Origin: Candidatus Giovannonibacteria bacterium RIFCSPHIGHO2_01_FULL_45_24
GTDB lineage: Bacteria > Patescibacteriota > Minisyncoccia > UBA11713 > 2-01-FULL-45-33
DNA length: 64,000 nt
Assembly: GCA_001778495.1 (NCBI GenBank)
Contig: MFHE01000002.1
Coordinates: 17,995-81,994, forward strand
Direction of reading: 5' to 3'
The translations under genes and the position numbers were made by a program. Below the pieces are notes generated by a model. The model ran no database searches, was not told the DNA's origin, and saw only the letters and a list, made by a program, of their open reading frames with translations. Of the stretch, positions 56,286 to 64,000 are shown piece by piece (positions within the stretch are counted from its first letter, which is position 1; every line of letters begins with the position of its first letter).

Positions 56286-57257
56286 ATGGCGAAAATCGCG
56301 ATAAATGGATTTGGGAGGATTGGGAGGTCGTTTTTTAGAGTTGCGTTCGGCAATCAAGACATTGATATTGTTGCTGTAAATGACCTGGCGGACGAGAAAA
56401 CGCTTCGCTATTTGCTCAAATACGATTCGGCTTACGGGCGTTTTCTAAAAGAGCCAAAAGGCGTTAAATTTCTGGCGGAAAAAGACCCAGCAAAACTTCC
56501 GTGGAAAAAATTGGGCGTTGACGTTGTAGTAGAATCCACTGGCCTTTTTACGGACGGAGGAAAAGCGAAAGTCCATTTGGATGCTGGAGCTAAACGTGTG
56601 GTAATAACTGCTCCGGCGACTGGAGATGTGGTGACAGCGCTGGTTGGCGTAAATGACGAACTTTTTGCGAAGGGACATCATTTGACCTGCAACGCTTCCT
56701 GCACGACAAATTCCGTAGCTCCGATTTTGAAAATTCTTCTGGAAAATTTCGGGATTAAAAAAGCGGTAATGACGACTATCCACGGATATACTGCCACGCA
56801 AAAGCTGGTGGATGGGCCGGATATGAAAGATCCGCGAAGTGGAAGGGCTGCCGCTTTGAACATTGTGCCTTCAACAACCGGCGCGGCGGAAGCGGTGATT
56901 CAATCCATTCCGGAGCTTGAAGGAAAATTCCAGGCGGAATCTATCCGCGTTCCCGTGATTACGGGATCAATCAGCGTAACCACCGCGATAGTTGAGAAAA
57001 AAACCATGCGCGAAGAGGTAAATGAACTTTTCAAAAAAGAAGCCGCGAAGCCCCGCTGGGCGCATGTTTTGAAAGTCACCGAAGACCCGATTGTCGTCAC
57101 CGACATAGTCGGCGAGCCATACGGCGCGATTGTGGATTTGTCTCTCACGCAGGTTTTAGATGGCGACCTTGCCAAAGTTTTCTCTTGGTACGACAACGAA
57201 GCCGGATACACAGCGACATTGGTGGAGCATGTGAGGAGAGTGGCAGAGAGCATATGA
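56286..57257 (+). CDS. gap: type I glyceraldehyde-3-phosphate dehydrogenase
   Basis: INGFGRIGR, catalytic SCTTNS, and WYDNE. Confidence 0.95.
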   Translation: MAKIAINGFGRIGRSFFRVAFGNQDIDIVAVNDLADEKTLRYLLKYDSAYGRFLKEPKGVKFLAEKDPAKLPWKKLGVDVVVESTGLFTDGGKAKVHLDAGAKRVVITAPATGDVVTALVGVNDELFAKGHHLTCNASCTTNSVAPILKILLENFGIKKAVMTTIHGYTATQKLVDGPDMKDPRSGRAAALNIVPSTTGAAEAVIQSIPELEGKFQAESIRVPVITGSISVTTAIVEKKTMREEVNELFKKEAAKPRWAHVLKVTEDPIVVTDIVGEPYGAIVDLSLTQVLDGDLAKVFSWYDNEAGYTATLVEHVRRVAESI

Positions 57258-57697
57258 AAATCTATATCGGGGCGGATCACGCGGGGTATGAATTGAAAGA
57301 AACTTTAAAAAAGTTCCTTTCGGGTTTGGGTTACGAGATTGAGGATAAAGGCGCGTTTAAATACGAGCCGGAGGATGATTATCCGGATTTTATATTCCTG
57401 GTGGCAAGAGCCGTTGCCGCTGACCCTGAAAGTTGGGGGATTATCATTGGAGGATCCGGGCATGGTGAGGCAATGTGCGCGAATCGTGTCAGAGGCGCGC
57501 GGGCCGCGGTATACTACGGAGGACTTCTGGAAATCGTGGGACTGTCGCGCAAACATAATAACGCCAATATTTTGGCGTTGGGCGCGCGGTTTATTGATGA
57601 CGAGCTTGCCAAGAAAGCGGTGAAATTATGGCTGGAGACTGGCTTTGAAGGTGGACGGCACGAAAGAAGAATTGCTAAAATTGACAATAATGGTTGA
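57254..57697 (+). CDS. rpiB: ribose-5-phosphate isomerase B
   Basis: MKIYIGADHAGYELKE...GSGHGEAMCANR. ATGA overlap with the gap stop. The track start at 57185 is rejected. Confidence 0.9.
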   Translation: MKIYIGADHAGYELKETLKKFLSGLGYEIEDKGAFKYEPEDDYPDFIFLVARAVAADPESWGIIIGGSGHGEAMCANRVRGARAAVYYGGLLEIVGLSRKHNNANILALGARFIDDELAKKAVKLWLETGFEGGRHERRIAKIDNNG

Positions 57698-58334
57698 AAT
57701 AATACCATCAATCAATGTTTCTGATTTTGAAGAGCTAAAAAAGCGGATTAAAAAAATTGAACCATACGCCAAATGGGCGCATTTGGACGTGTCGGACGGA
57801 GTTTTTACAAAACATGTCAGCTGGCATGAGCCGAAAGGTTTGGTGGGGTTTAAAACCAAACTTAAATTAGAGGTTCATTTGATGATTGATAAACCAGAAA
57901 AAGAAATTGAAGAGTGGCTGATAAAACCAATCTCTCGGGTTATTTTTCATCAGGAGGCGACCAGAGAACACGCTTTCTTAATAGATAAAATTCACGGCGT
58001 AAAAAAAGAAGCAGGGATTGCGATTCGCCCGGAGACTTCATGGCTTAAACTTTTCCCGTATTTGGACAAGGTTGAAATTTTACAGCTTTTGGCGGTTTCC
58101 CCCGGGATGTCAGGGCAACCGTTTGATGAGGGGGAATTCAACGAAGGTATTCTCCACAAACTCGGCCACATCCGATCGCTTTGCAAAAGTTGTATAATAG
58201 AAATTGACGGCGGAGTAAATAAAAGAGTCGCCGCCAGATGCGTTCGCGAAGGCGCGAATCTGCTCGTCGCCGGAAAGTATTTATTTGAGTCAAAAAATAT
58301 TAAAAAAGCTGTTACAGAATTAAAAAATGAATAA
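57690..58334 (+). CDS. rpe: ribulose-phosphate 3-epimerase
   Basis: IIPSIN...HLDVSDGVFT...SPGMSGQ...IDGG. Confidence 0.88.
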   Translation: MVEIIPSINVSDFEELKKRIKKIEPYAKWAHLDVSDGVFTKHVSWHEPKGLVGFKTKLKLEVHLMIDKPEKEIEEWLIKPISRVIFHQEATREHAFLIDKIHGVKKEAGIAIRPETSWLKLFPYLDKVEILQLLAVSPGMSGQPFDEGEFNEGILHKLGHIRSLCKSCIIEIDGGVNKRVAARCVREGANLLVAGKYLFESKNIKKAVTELKNE

Positions 58335-58677
58335 CATTATTATGGCAGAATTAAATAGTGAACAAAAGCAATATATCGAACACTGGTCTCCAGAAGTTGC
58401 TCTAGGAACAATAATTTGGACTATAGGTCACAAACAATGGCTCTATACTTTACTTCTTTTGGTGCCAGGAGTGAATTTTTTCCTTTGGCTTTTCTTAATT
58501 TTTAAGGGGCGAAAGAAAGTTTGGGAATCTGGTAGATACTTAACATTCGAAGCATTCAAAACATTCGAAGCATTCAAAGATCGCGAGGATAAGCTACGAA
58601 TCGTTGTTATAACCATTGTCATAATTTTGATTTTGTTAGGAATATTAGAGGTTGTAGTTGATTTTTGGATAGTATAG
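58327..58677 (+). CDS. hypothetical membrane protein with tandem TFEAFK repeat (AT-rich)
   Basis: Hydrophobic segments. An exact 18-bp tandem duplication lies at 58543-58578. Confidence 0.5.
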   Translation: MNNIIMAELNSEQKQYIEHWSPEVALGTIIWTIGHKQWLYTLLLLVPGVNFFLWLFLIFKGRKKVWESGRYLTFEAFKTFEAFKDREDKLRIVVITIVIILILLGILEVVVDFWIV

Positions 58678-58692
58678 CTGTATTATAAATAT

Positions 58693-58902
58693 ATGACCAC
58701 ACAAGCTATTTCAAAAGCGATAAAAAGCAGTAAACCGGCCGTGATTAAAGAACACGGTAATCCGCGATATGTTGTTTTAGATTGGAAAACCTATCAAGCA
58801 TGGGCAGAATTGCGCGATGAAATGGAGGACTCCGTGCGGTTAAATGAGGCATTGCGCGATCCAAAAAACCAGCGGCGTGTAAAATATAACGGCAAATTCT
58901 AA
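58693..58902 (+). CDS. type II antitoxin (Phd/YefM-like)
   Basis: 69 aa. KPAVIKEHGNPRYVVLDWKTYQAW. Sits upstream of a RelE-like ORF with a 9-nt gap. Confidence 0.65.
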   Translation: MTTQAISKAIKSSKPAVIKEHGNPRYVVLDWKTYQAWAELRDEMEDSVRLNEALRDPKNQRRVKYNGKF

Positions 58903-58911
58903 AATATCTTC

Positions 58912-59184
58912 ATGGCCGAGATATTTATTAGGCCGCGGGCTACTGACGGGTTTAAATCGGCAGGCAAAGAAGAACAACAAAAAATTAAAGCCGCTATAGA
59001 AGTTTTAAGAAACGGAAAATTGCCAGCGCATACTAAAAAATTAAGTGGCACAACTTCCGGCTACAGAATCCGCGTTGGCAAATGGCGGATTTTATTTGTT
59101 TTATGGAGAGGAGAAATTGATATCGTAGATATTTTTATTAAAAAAGCAAAGATGATTACAAAAAATTATAGTATAATTAAATAA
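58912..59184 (+). CDS. type II toxin (RelE/ParE family)
   Basis: 90 aa. SGYRIRVGKWRILFVLWRGEIDIVDIFIKK pattern. Confidence 0.7.
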   Translation: MAEIFIRPRATDGFKSAGKEEQQKIKAAIEVLRNGKLPAHTKKLSGTTSGYRIRVGKWRILFVLWRGEIDIVDIFIKKAKMITKNYSIIK

Positions 59185-60044
59185 TGCCGCATCTACATGA
59201 AGATAAAATTAAATTTTTAGAAGAAAAAGCGAATGCCGTAAGGCAGTCCATTATTGAAATGCTTGTTGAGGCGGGGAGCGGGCATACGGCCGGGCCTTTG
59301 GGAATGACGGATGTTTTTACCGCTTTTTATTTTCATATTTTAAACCACGACCCGAAAAACCCGGAGTGGGAGGAGCGCGATCGTTTGATACTTTCCAACG
59401 GCCACATCTGCCCGGTGAGATACGCCGCGATGGCTCACGCGGGATATTTTCCGCTGGAAGAACTTAAAACCTTAAGAAAATTTGGGACACGCCTTCAGGG
59501 GCATCCGCATCGCACCGCTTTGCCGGGCGTTGAGACGACCTCGGGTCCGTTGGGGAGCGGGTTGGGGCAGGCGGCCGGGTACGCTTACGCCGCGAAAATG
59601 GACAAGCGCAAGTTTAAAGTGTACTGTTTTATGTCTGACGGCGAGCAGGATGCTGGAAACACTTGGGAGTCGGCAATGTTTGCCGGGAAATATAAATTAA
59701 ATAATCTTATCGGGCTTATTGACCGCAATAATATTCAGATTGATGGGATGACCGAAGATATAATGCCGCTGGAGCCGCTGCGAGACAAATACGAATCCTT
59801 TGGCTGGCACGTTCTGGAAATCAACGGGCATGATTTTGAGGAAATTGTGAACGCAGTTGAGGAAGCGAAGGCGATTTATGAAAAGCCGACAGTTATTGTT
59901 TCGCACAATATTCCCGGAAAAGGAATAAAAGAAATAGAGTTTGATTATGAGTGGCACGGCGTCCCGCCAAATAAAGAACAGGCCGCGAAGTTTTTAGCGG
60001 AGCTCCGTACGCTGGGCGGTAAAATAAAGAGCGAACATGAATAA
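59184..60044 (+). CDS. transketolase, N-terminal (TPP-binding) subunit
   Basis: GHTAGPLGMTDV...SNGH...GHPH...SGPLGSGLGQAAG...DGEQDAGNTWE. Confidence 0.92.
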   Translation: MPHLHEDKIKFLEEKANAVRQSIIEMLVEAGSGHTAGPLGMTDVFTAFYFHILNHDPKNPEWEERDRLILSNGHICPVRYAAMAHAGYFPLEELKTLRKFGTRLQGHPHRTALPGVETTSGPLGSGLGQAAGYAYAAKMDKRKFKVYCFMSDGEQDAGNTWESAMFAGKYKLNNLIGLIDRNNIQIDGMTEDIMPLEPLRDKYESFGWHVLEINGHDFEEIVNAVEEAKAIYEKPTVIVSHNIPGKGIKEIEFDYEWHGVPPNKEQAAKFLAELRTLGGKIKSEHE

Positions 60045-60087
60045 GGGTATTTCAGTAGTTTGGCTGATTGTTGATAGAAATTACTTT

Positions 60088-60711
60088 ATGACGAGTAAAA
60101 TCCAAAAAATCTTCCCAGTGATCATCGTAGTGTTTTTGAGTTTGTATTCGCTAGGGCGACCGTTGTCGGCCTTCGCCTATCAATGCGAACAATCGAAGTC
60201 TTTTGTTGAGGACTTTGAACAATCCTCTGCTGTTTTCGTTGGCGAGATAACTCAAATTGTTAAAATAGAGCCCGTTGGAACACCGGAAGGCGGACCTTCG
60301 GTAAGATTCGAAGTAAACAGGACATACAAGGGGAATTTGGAAAAAACAGTTGATATAAGGGTAGATGGTATCGGTGGTCTTGGCTATGGCTTTTGTGACG
60401 TTCATCTTAAAGAGGGTGAAACTTATTTAGTATATGCCTCCGGAAATCCGTTAAGCACGAATATTTGCACACGCGGAATCGGTAGTTGTAATAGGACTAG
60501 ACTTTTGAAATATGCTTCAGAGGATTTAGCTATCCTTACTGGGGAAGCAACAACTCCCATGCCGGTGGAGGATAGAGAAGAAGTCGGGTCACCAGAACCA
60601 AAAACAAGTTTGCTTTCCACAGAGGCGCTTATCATAGGATCTGCTATGTTGATAATCGGAATTTTTATAGGGAGGACTTTTGGTGGCAAAATTAAGAGCG
60701 AACACCAGTGA
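60088..60711 (+). CDS. secreted, C-terminally anchored protein (possible TIMP/NTR-like OB module)
   Basis: Signal peptide ...SAFA|YQC. Cys pattern and VFVGEI... resemble NTR/TIMP-like modules (weak). C-terminal TM segment plus tail RTFGGKIKSEHQ. Confidence 0.5.
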   Translation: MTSKIQKIFPVIIVVFLSLYSLGRPLSAFAYQCEQSKSFVEDFEQSSAVFVGEITQIVKIEPVGTPEGGPSVRFEVNRTYKGNLEKTVDIRVDGIGGLGYGFCDVHLKEGETYLVYASGNPLSTNICTRGIGSCNRTRLLKYASEDLAILTGEATTPMPVEDREEVGSPEPKTSLLSTEALIIGSAMLIIGIFIGRTFGGKIKSEHQ

Positions 60712-60758
60712 AAATTCAAAAATCAAAGGTCAAATTATTGGATTAAATTTCTAAGTTT

Positions 60759-60938
60759 ATGGACGCGATGAAAAAATTGAGCATGGTGCTGTGGATAGTT
60801 GCCGTGCTCATGTATCTCGGCGGACTTCTTGCCTACTGGCAGGGCGGGGAATTTTGGAGCGTCTCGGGGATGACTTGGTATTGGAATGCGCTCATTGTAG
60901 GCGTCTTGGTGCTCGGCGCTAAAAAGGCCTTGGCGTAA
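60759..60938 (+). CDS. 59-aa two-TM membrane protein (below the ORF-track cutoff)
   Basis: Manual translation MDAMKKLSMVLWIVAVLMYLGGLLAYW...LIVGVLVLGAKKALA. The stop overlaps the next ATG (TAATG). Confidence 0.4.
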   Translation: MDAMKKLSMVLWIVAVLMYLGGLLAYWQGGEFWSVSGMTWYWNALIVGVLVLGAKKALA

Positions 60939-61171
60939 TGTTCTTAAATCCCAAAGCGCAAGGGCTGGTCATTTTATGGTTGATTATTGCGGGCGTGATT
61001 TTAATCGCCGGAAGCGCCTATTGGTATTACAAGGATGAAATAAAACCGAACGCGCAGTGTCCAGAGGACCAGTCCTATGTTAGACAGGTAATCGGAGGAT
61101 GGAGAGAAGTCGTTCCTTCTGACCCCGAAGGTCGATGCGTGTCCAACCAAATTATTGAACGGACTTTTTGA
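60938..61171 (+). CDS. small membrane-anchored protein, N-terminal paralogue of 61183
   Basis: MFLNPKAQGLVILWLIIAGVILIAGSAYWYY. Confidence 0.55.
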   Translation: MFLNPKAQGLVILWLIIAGVILIAGSAYWYYKDEIKPNAQCPEDQSYVRQVIGGWREVVPSDPEGRCVSNQIIERTF

Positions 61172-61182
61172 TTTTTTAGAAT

Positions 61183-62100
61183 ATGCCTTTAAATTCGAAA
61201 GCACAAGGAATATCGGTTATCTGGTTAATCATTGCTGGCATAATTTTGTTTTCTGGCAGCGCTTATTGGTATTACGCGGGTGATATCAAGCCGTATCTTG
61301 GAAATATTGATGGCGATGGTAAGAATGGCGTCGCTTGTACTCAAGAGGCCAAGCAATGCCCCGACGGCTCCTACGTAGGCCGCATAGGTCCTAATTGTGA
61401 ATTTGCGGAATGCTCCGGAGAAAATTCCGCAAGCCTGGGCCAATCTCTGTGGAATCCTTATCTGGTGCGGGGCTCCGAGTCGCCCACAGTTGAGGTGCCA
61501 GCGGGAGTCGCGAGAAGCATCGGCTGGCCAGCGAAAAGCGAAGACATAGTAAAGATACCGTTAAGGGAGCTCGCGCCGCTTCAACTTGCAAAATTAGGCG
61601 CGTATTTTGCCTATCCTGCGGGCGTTCCAGTGAGCCTTCAGCAGGCGCTGACTAAAAATGAAATTCCTCCGTCACTTAAATTTTGGCTTTTGTTGCCATC
61701 TATTGATCAGGATATTTCAAAACAGAGCGAACGTGACGCAGATATTGAGAAGGCTAGAGTAGTAAGTCGTGATGCCAGGCGAGTAGCTGATCTTAAACAG
61801 CTCCAGCTGGCGCTTGAACTTTATTTTGACACAAACGGCAGCTATCCTAAACAGCTTGGACCTCTTGCAACGGAATTTATACCTTTTATACCAAAAGATC
61901 CGGAAACCCAATCTCAATATTATTATTTTCTATGCCCCAATGATCTTTATCATCTAGGCGCAGATTTGGAAAATTATGATAATGTTGCTTTAACCAACGA
62001 TTCCGATAAAAGTCAGTGCGGCGCAGACAATATAAAGTTTAATGATCGTCTTTCTTGCAAGGGTCTCGCGGGGCGTTATTGTTATGATTTAACACGATAA
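61183..62100 (+). CDS. membrane-anchored protein with pilin-like globular domain
   Basis: MPLNSKAQGISVIWLIIAGIILFSGSAYWYY, then DARRVADLKQLQLALELYFDTNGSYP (a pseudopilin-type motif) at residue ~195. Confidence 0.6.
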   Translation: MPLNSKAQGISVIWLIIAGIILFSGSAYWYYAGDIKPYLGNIDGDGKNGVACTQEAKQCPDGSYVGRIGPNCEFAECSGENSASLGQSLWNPYLVRGSESPTVEVPAGVARSIGWPAKSEDIVKIPLRELAPLQLAKLGAYFAYPAGVPVSLQQALTKNEIPPSLKFWLLLPSIDQDISKQSERDADIEKARVVSRDARRVADLKQLQLALELYFDTNGSYPKQLGPLATEFIPFIPKDPETQSQYYYFLCPNDLYHLGADLENYDNVALTNDSDKSQCGADNIKFNDRLSCKGLAGRYCYDLTR

Positions 62101-62101
62101 T

Positions 62102-63100
62102 ATGCCCATAAATCCGAAAGTAAAATTAGTCCCCAATGCGCTGGATATAAAATCCATTGAACAAGCGCCGACCAGAAAGGGTTACGGCGAAGGACTTTTG
62201 GCCGCCGGCGAAGCAAATGAAAAAATCGTCGCGCTCTGCGCCGACCTTACCGAATCAACCCAGATGCACTTGTTCGCAAAGAAATTCCCGCAAAGATTTA
62301 TTGAAATGGGCGTAGCCGAGCAGAACATGGCGACGGTCGCCGCCGGACTGGCGAACTATGGCAAGATTCCGTTTATGTCTTCTTATGCGATGTTTTCTCC
62401 AGGAAGAAACTGGGAGCAGATTCGGACTACGATTTGCTATAATGATGTTCCTGTGAAAATTGCCGGATCCCATGCCGGTGTTTCCGTGGGTCCTGACGGC
62501 GCCACGCACCAGGCCATTGAAGACATCGCTCTCATGCGGCCGATTCCGAATATGGCGGTTATTAATCCGTGCGACGCGCACGAAGCAAAAAAAGCTACAA
62601 TGGCCGCTGTTAGCGTCAACGGGCCGGTTTATCTCCGTTTCGCGCGTGAAAAGACGCCGGTTTTTACTACACCAGATACGCCGTTTGAGGTGGGTCGGGC
62701 TGAAACGTTCTTCGATTCCGGCGGGAAGTTGGACGTGAGTATTATCGCTTGCGGCCCGCTTGTTCACAATGCTATTTTAGCTGCGGCGGAGTTGGAAAAA
62801 GAAGGGATTAGGGTCAGAGTAATAAATAACCACACCATAAAGCCGATGGACGAAAAAACAATTATTCAAGCCGCCAGAGACGCGGGCGCGGTGGTGACAG
62901 TTGAGGAGCATCAAGTGGCGGGTGGAATGGGCTCTGCGGTCGCCGAAGTTTTGGCGAAAAATTATCCCGTGCCGATGGAGTTCGTCGGCGTCCAAAACCG
63001 CTTCGGAGAGTCCGGCGAGCCGAACGAACTCATAGAGCATTTCGGCATGGGGGTTTTACACATTAAAGAGGCGGTTAAAAAAGTTTTAAAAAGAAAATAA
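62102..63100 (+). CDS. transketolase, C-terminal (pyrimidine-binding) subunit
   Basis: GVAEQNM...GPDGATHQAIEDIA... Confidence 0.92.
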   Translation: MPINPKVKLVPNALDIKSIEQAPTRKGYGEGLLAAGEANEKIVALCADLTESTQMHLFAKKFPQRFIEMGVAEQNMATVAAGLANYGKIPFMSSYAMFSPGRNWEQIRTTICYNDVPVKIAGSHAGVSVGPDGATHQAIEDIALMRPIPNMAVINPCDAHEAKKATMAAVSVNGPVYLRFAREKTPVFTTPDTPFEVGRAETFFDSGGKLDVSIIACGPLVHNAILAAAELEKEGIRVRVINNHTIKPMDEKTIIQAARDAGAVVTVEEHQVAGGMGSAVAEVLAKNYPVPMEFVGVQNRFGESGEPNELIEHFGMGVLHIKEAVKKVLKRK

Positions 63101-63111
63101 GAATAAAAATT

Positions 63112-63144
63112 CCCCATGGCCGGTGATATTCACCAGCCATGGGG
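63112..63144. terminator. bidirectional terminator hairpin between convergent genes
   Basis: CCCCATGGCCGGTG-atatt-CACCAGCCATGGGG, with an A-run before it. No T-run follows on the plus strand. Confidence 0.6.
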
Positions 63145-63158
63145 GTTAAGAACAAACA

Positions 63159-63881
63159 CTATTCCTTCAGCGCGCAAAATCCGTTTTGGGCATATACCCG
63201 GAAAGGGTTTCCTCTCTCTCTGACCGCGATGCTTACACAGAAAGAGTATCCGTCAGGCAGAGGATCGGGTATCTTAAATTTTCCAGCCCATGCGCTGGTC
63301 TGACCGGATTTCAGGTTCGCCTTCACGGTTTTCAGGGGGAAGTTCACCCAAGAAATGGTCTCGCCAGGAGCGCTGATCTCCGACAAGACTTCCAGCTTCA
63401 AGGCCTTTTCGCTAAGATTTGTCAGATGGTAGGACCACTCGAAAGTGTCGGAAAATGCTGTAGGTAAATCCTCGAATTCAATCCGGACAGGCTGCGGATC
63501 TAGCTGGACCACCCCCAGATAGATGTCAAAGCCAAATAAGTCGAACTCCTTTCTCTTGAGCAGATAGTCGTTTGCCCAGAGCTCGCCGATGTATTGTCCG
63601 TTCTCGAACCCCTTTCCGTCATATTTGGCGGAGAATTCGAACCGGCCGTTTTTATCAACGCAGCCCTGGCCAGTCCCCCAGCAATCCGTGCTGGAGACGT
63701 ATTCAAGCTGCGCGGAAAGCGGGTTTTTACGCAATAGATATAGCGAGGAGTAGGGCCACTCCGCAGATGGGAGCGGCTTTCCCTCATCATCCAGCAGAAA
63801 GCCCGAAATTGTTTGGGCTTCTGCTGTGCCCCAGATTGATAAAACTAGCGCCAGCAAAAGAACCATTAATTTCATAACCAT
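63159..63881 (-). CDS. secreted hypothetical protein
   Basis: Signal peptide MVMKLMVLLLALVLSIWGTAEA|Q and a beta-rich sequence. Confidence 0.6.
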   Translation of the reverse strand: MVMKLMVLLLALVLSIWGTAEAQTISGFLLDDEGKPLPSAEWPYSSLYLLRKNPLSAQLEYVSSTDCWGTGQGCVDKNGRFEFSAKYDGKGFENGQYIGELWANDYLLKRKEFDLFGFDIYLGVVQLDPQPVRIEFEDLPTAFSDTFEWSYHLTNLSEKALKLEVLSEISAPGETISWVNFPLKTVKANLKSGQTSAWAGKFKIPDPLPDGYSFCVSIAVRERGNPFRVYAQNGFCALKE

Positions 63882-64000
63882 AGCCCTCCTTTGAAATTTT
63901 CAAACTTCCCTCCCGAATACGTTCGGGATATCCGTGCCGCTTACTTAAAGTTCAGCGGTTAATTCAAAAGGGAGCATAGCATATAGGTGGTTATCTTGTC

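Noticed and set aside
57185-57253. N-terminal extension of rpiB (track start 57185)
   Set aside because: It overlaps the gap 3' end. The canonical RpiB N-terminus MKIYIGADHAG starts at 57254, with an ATGA overlap.
1-64000. CRISPR array, rRNA, integrase or prophage
   Set aside because: The repeats present are palindromic singletons or doublets, not regularly spaced arrays. I recognised no rRNA-like sequence and no tyrosine/serine recombinase or phage structural genes.

Overview
This is a compact, gene-dense bacterial chromosome segment with about 60 CDS, 3 tRNAs and very short or overlapping spacers. The gene content suggests a Candidate Phyla Radiation / Patescibacteria (Parcubacteria-like) genome: short rpoB, rpoC, uvrC and ychF, a split transketolase, a cupin-type PGI, a PaaX-like regulator, pilin-like small proteins and fibre-like surface proteins. 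That placement is inference only. Core genes are secF, rpoB-rpoC, ftsK, recA, rpsF-ssb-rpsR, ychF, trpS, RNase J, secG, uvrC, uvrA, groES-groEL (behind a perfect CIRCE operator), lemA-htpX, dnaG-rpoD, gap-rpiB-rpe, split tkt, and tRNA-Leu(CAG), tRNA-Ser(GGA) and tRNA-Asn(GUU). I saw no rRNA, CRISPR array, integrase, reverse transcriptase or prophage. The most interesting content has four parts. (1) Two RAYT-like HUH/Y1 transposase genes are each flanked by their own REP-type hairpin and each carry a copy inside the ORF. A wider family of hairpins shares a conserved T-C(C/G)G-A centre with covarying arms, and several copies sit in frame inside housekeeping genes (dnaG, uvrC, a TPR protein, a DsbA-like protein, a PD-(D/E)XK nuclease). 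Other short palindromic in-frame elements are shared by rpoD and PGI, and one lies in the phosphomutase gene. (2) A tandemly duplicated three-gene module encoding Cys-rich, collagen-like/fibre-like surface proteins lies next to a DsbA/DUF3105/TrxB redox trio. (3) Several single-gene insertions are bracketed by duplicated junction sequences, including one that splits the two transketolase halves. (4) Promoter architecture is unusually regular: -10 boxes, many with an upstream TG, lie 7-8 nt upstream of start codons (apparently leaderless mRNAs), and inverted-repeat modules donate the -35 boxes of the rpoB and groES promoters. All functional calls rest on recognisable motifs in the supplied translations; no database search was possible.
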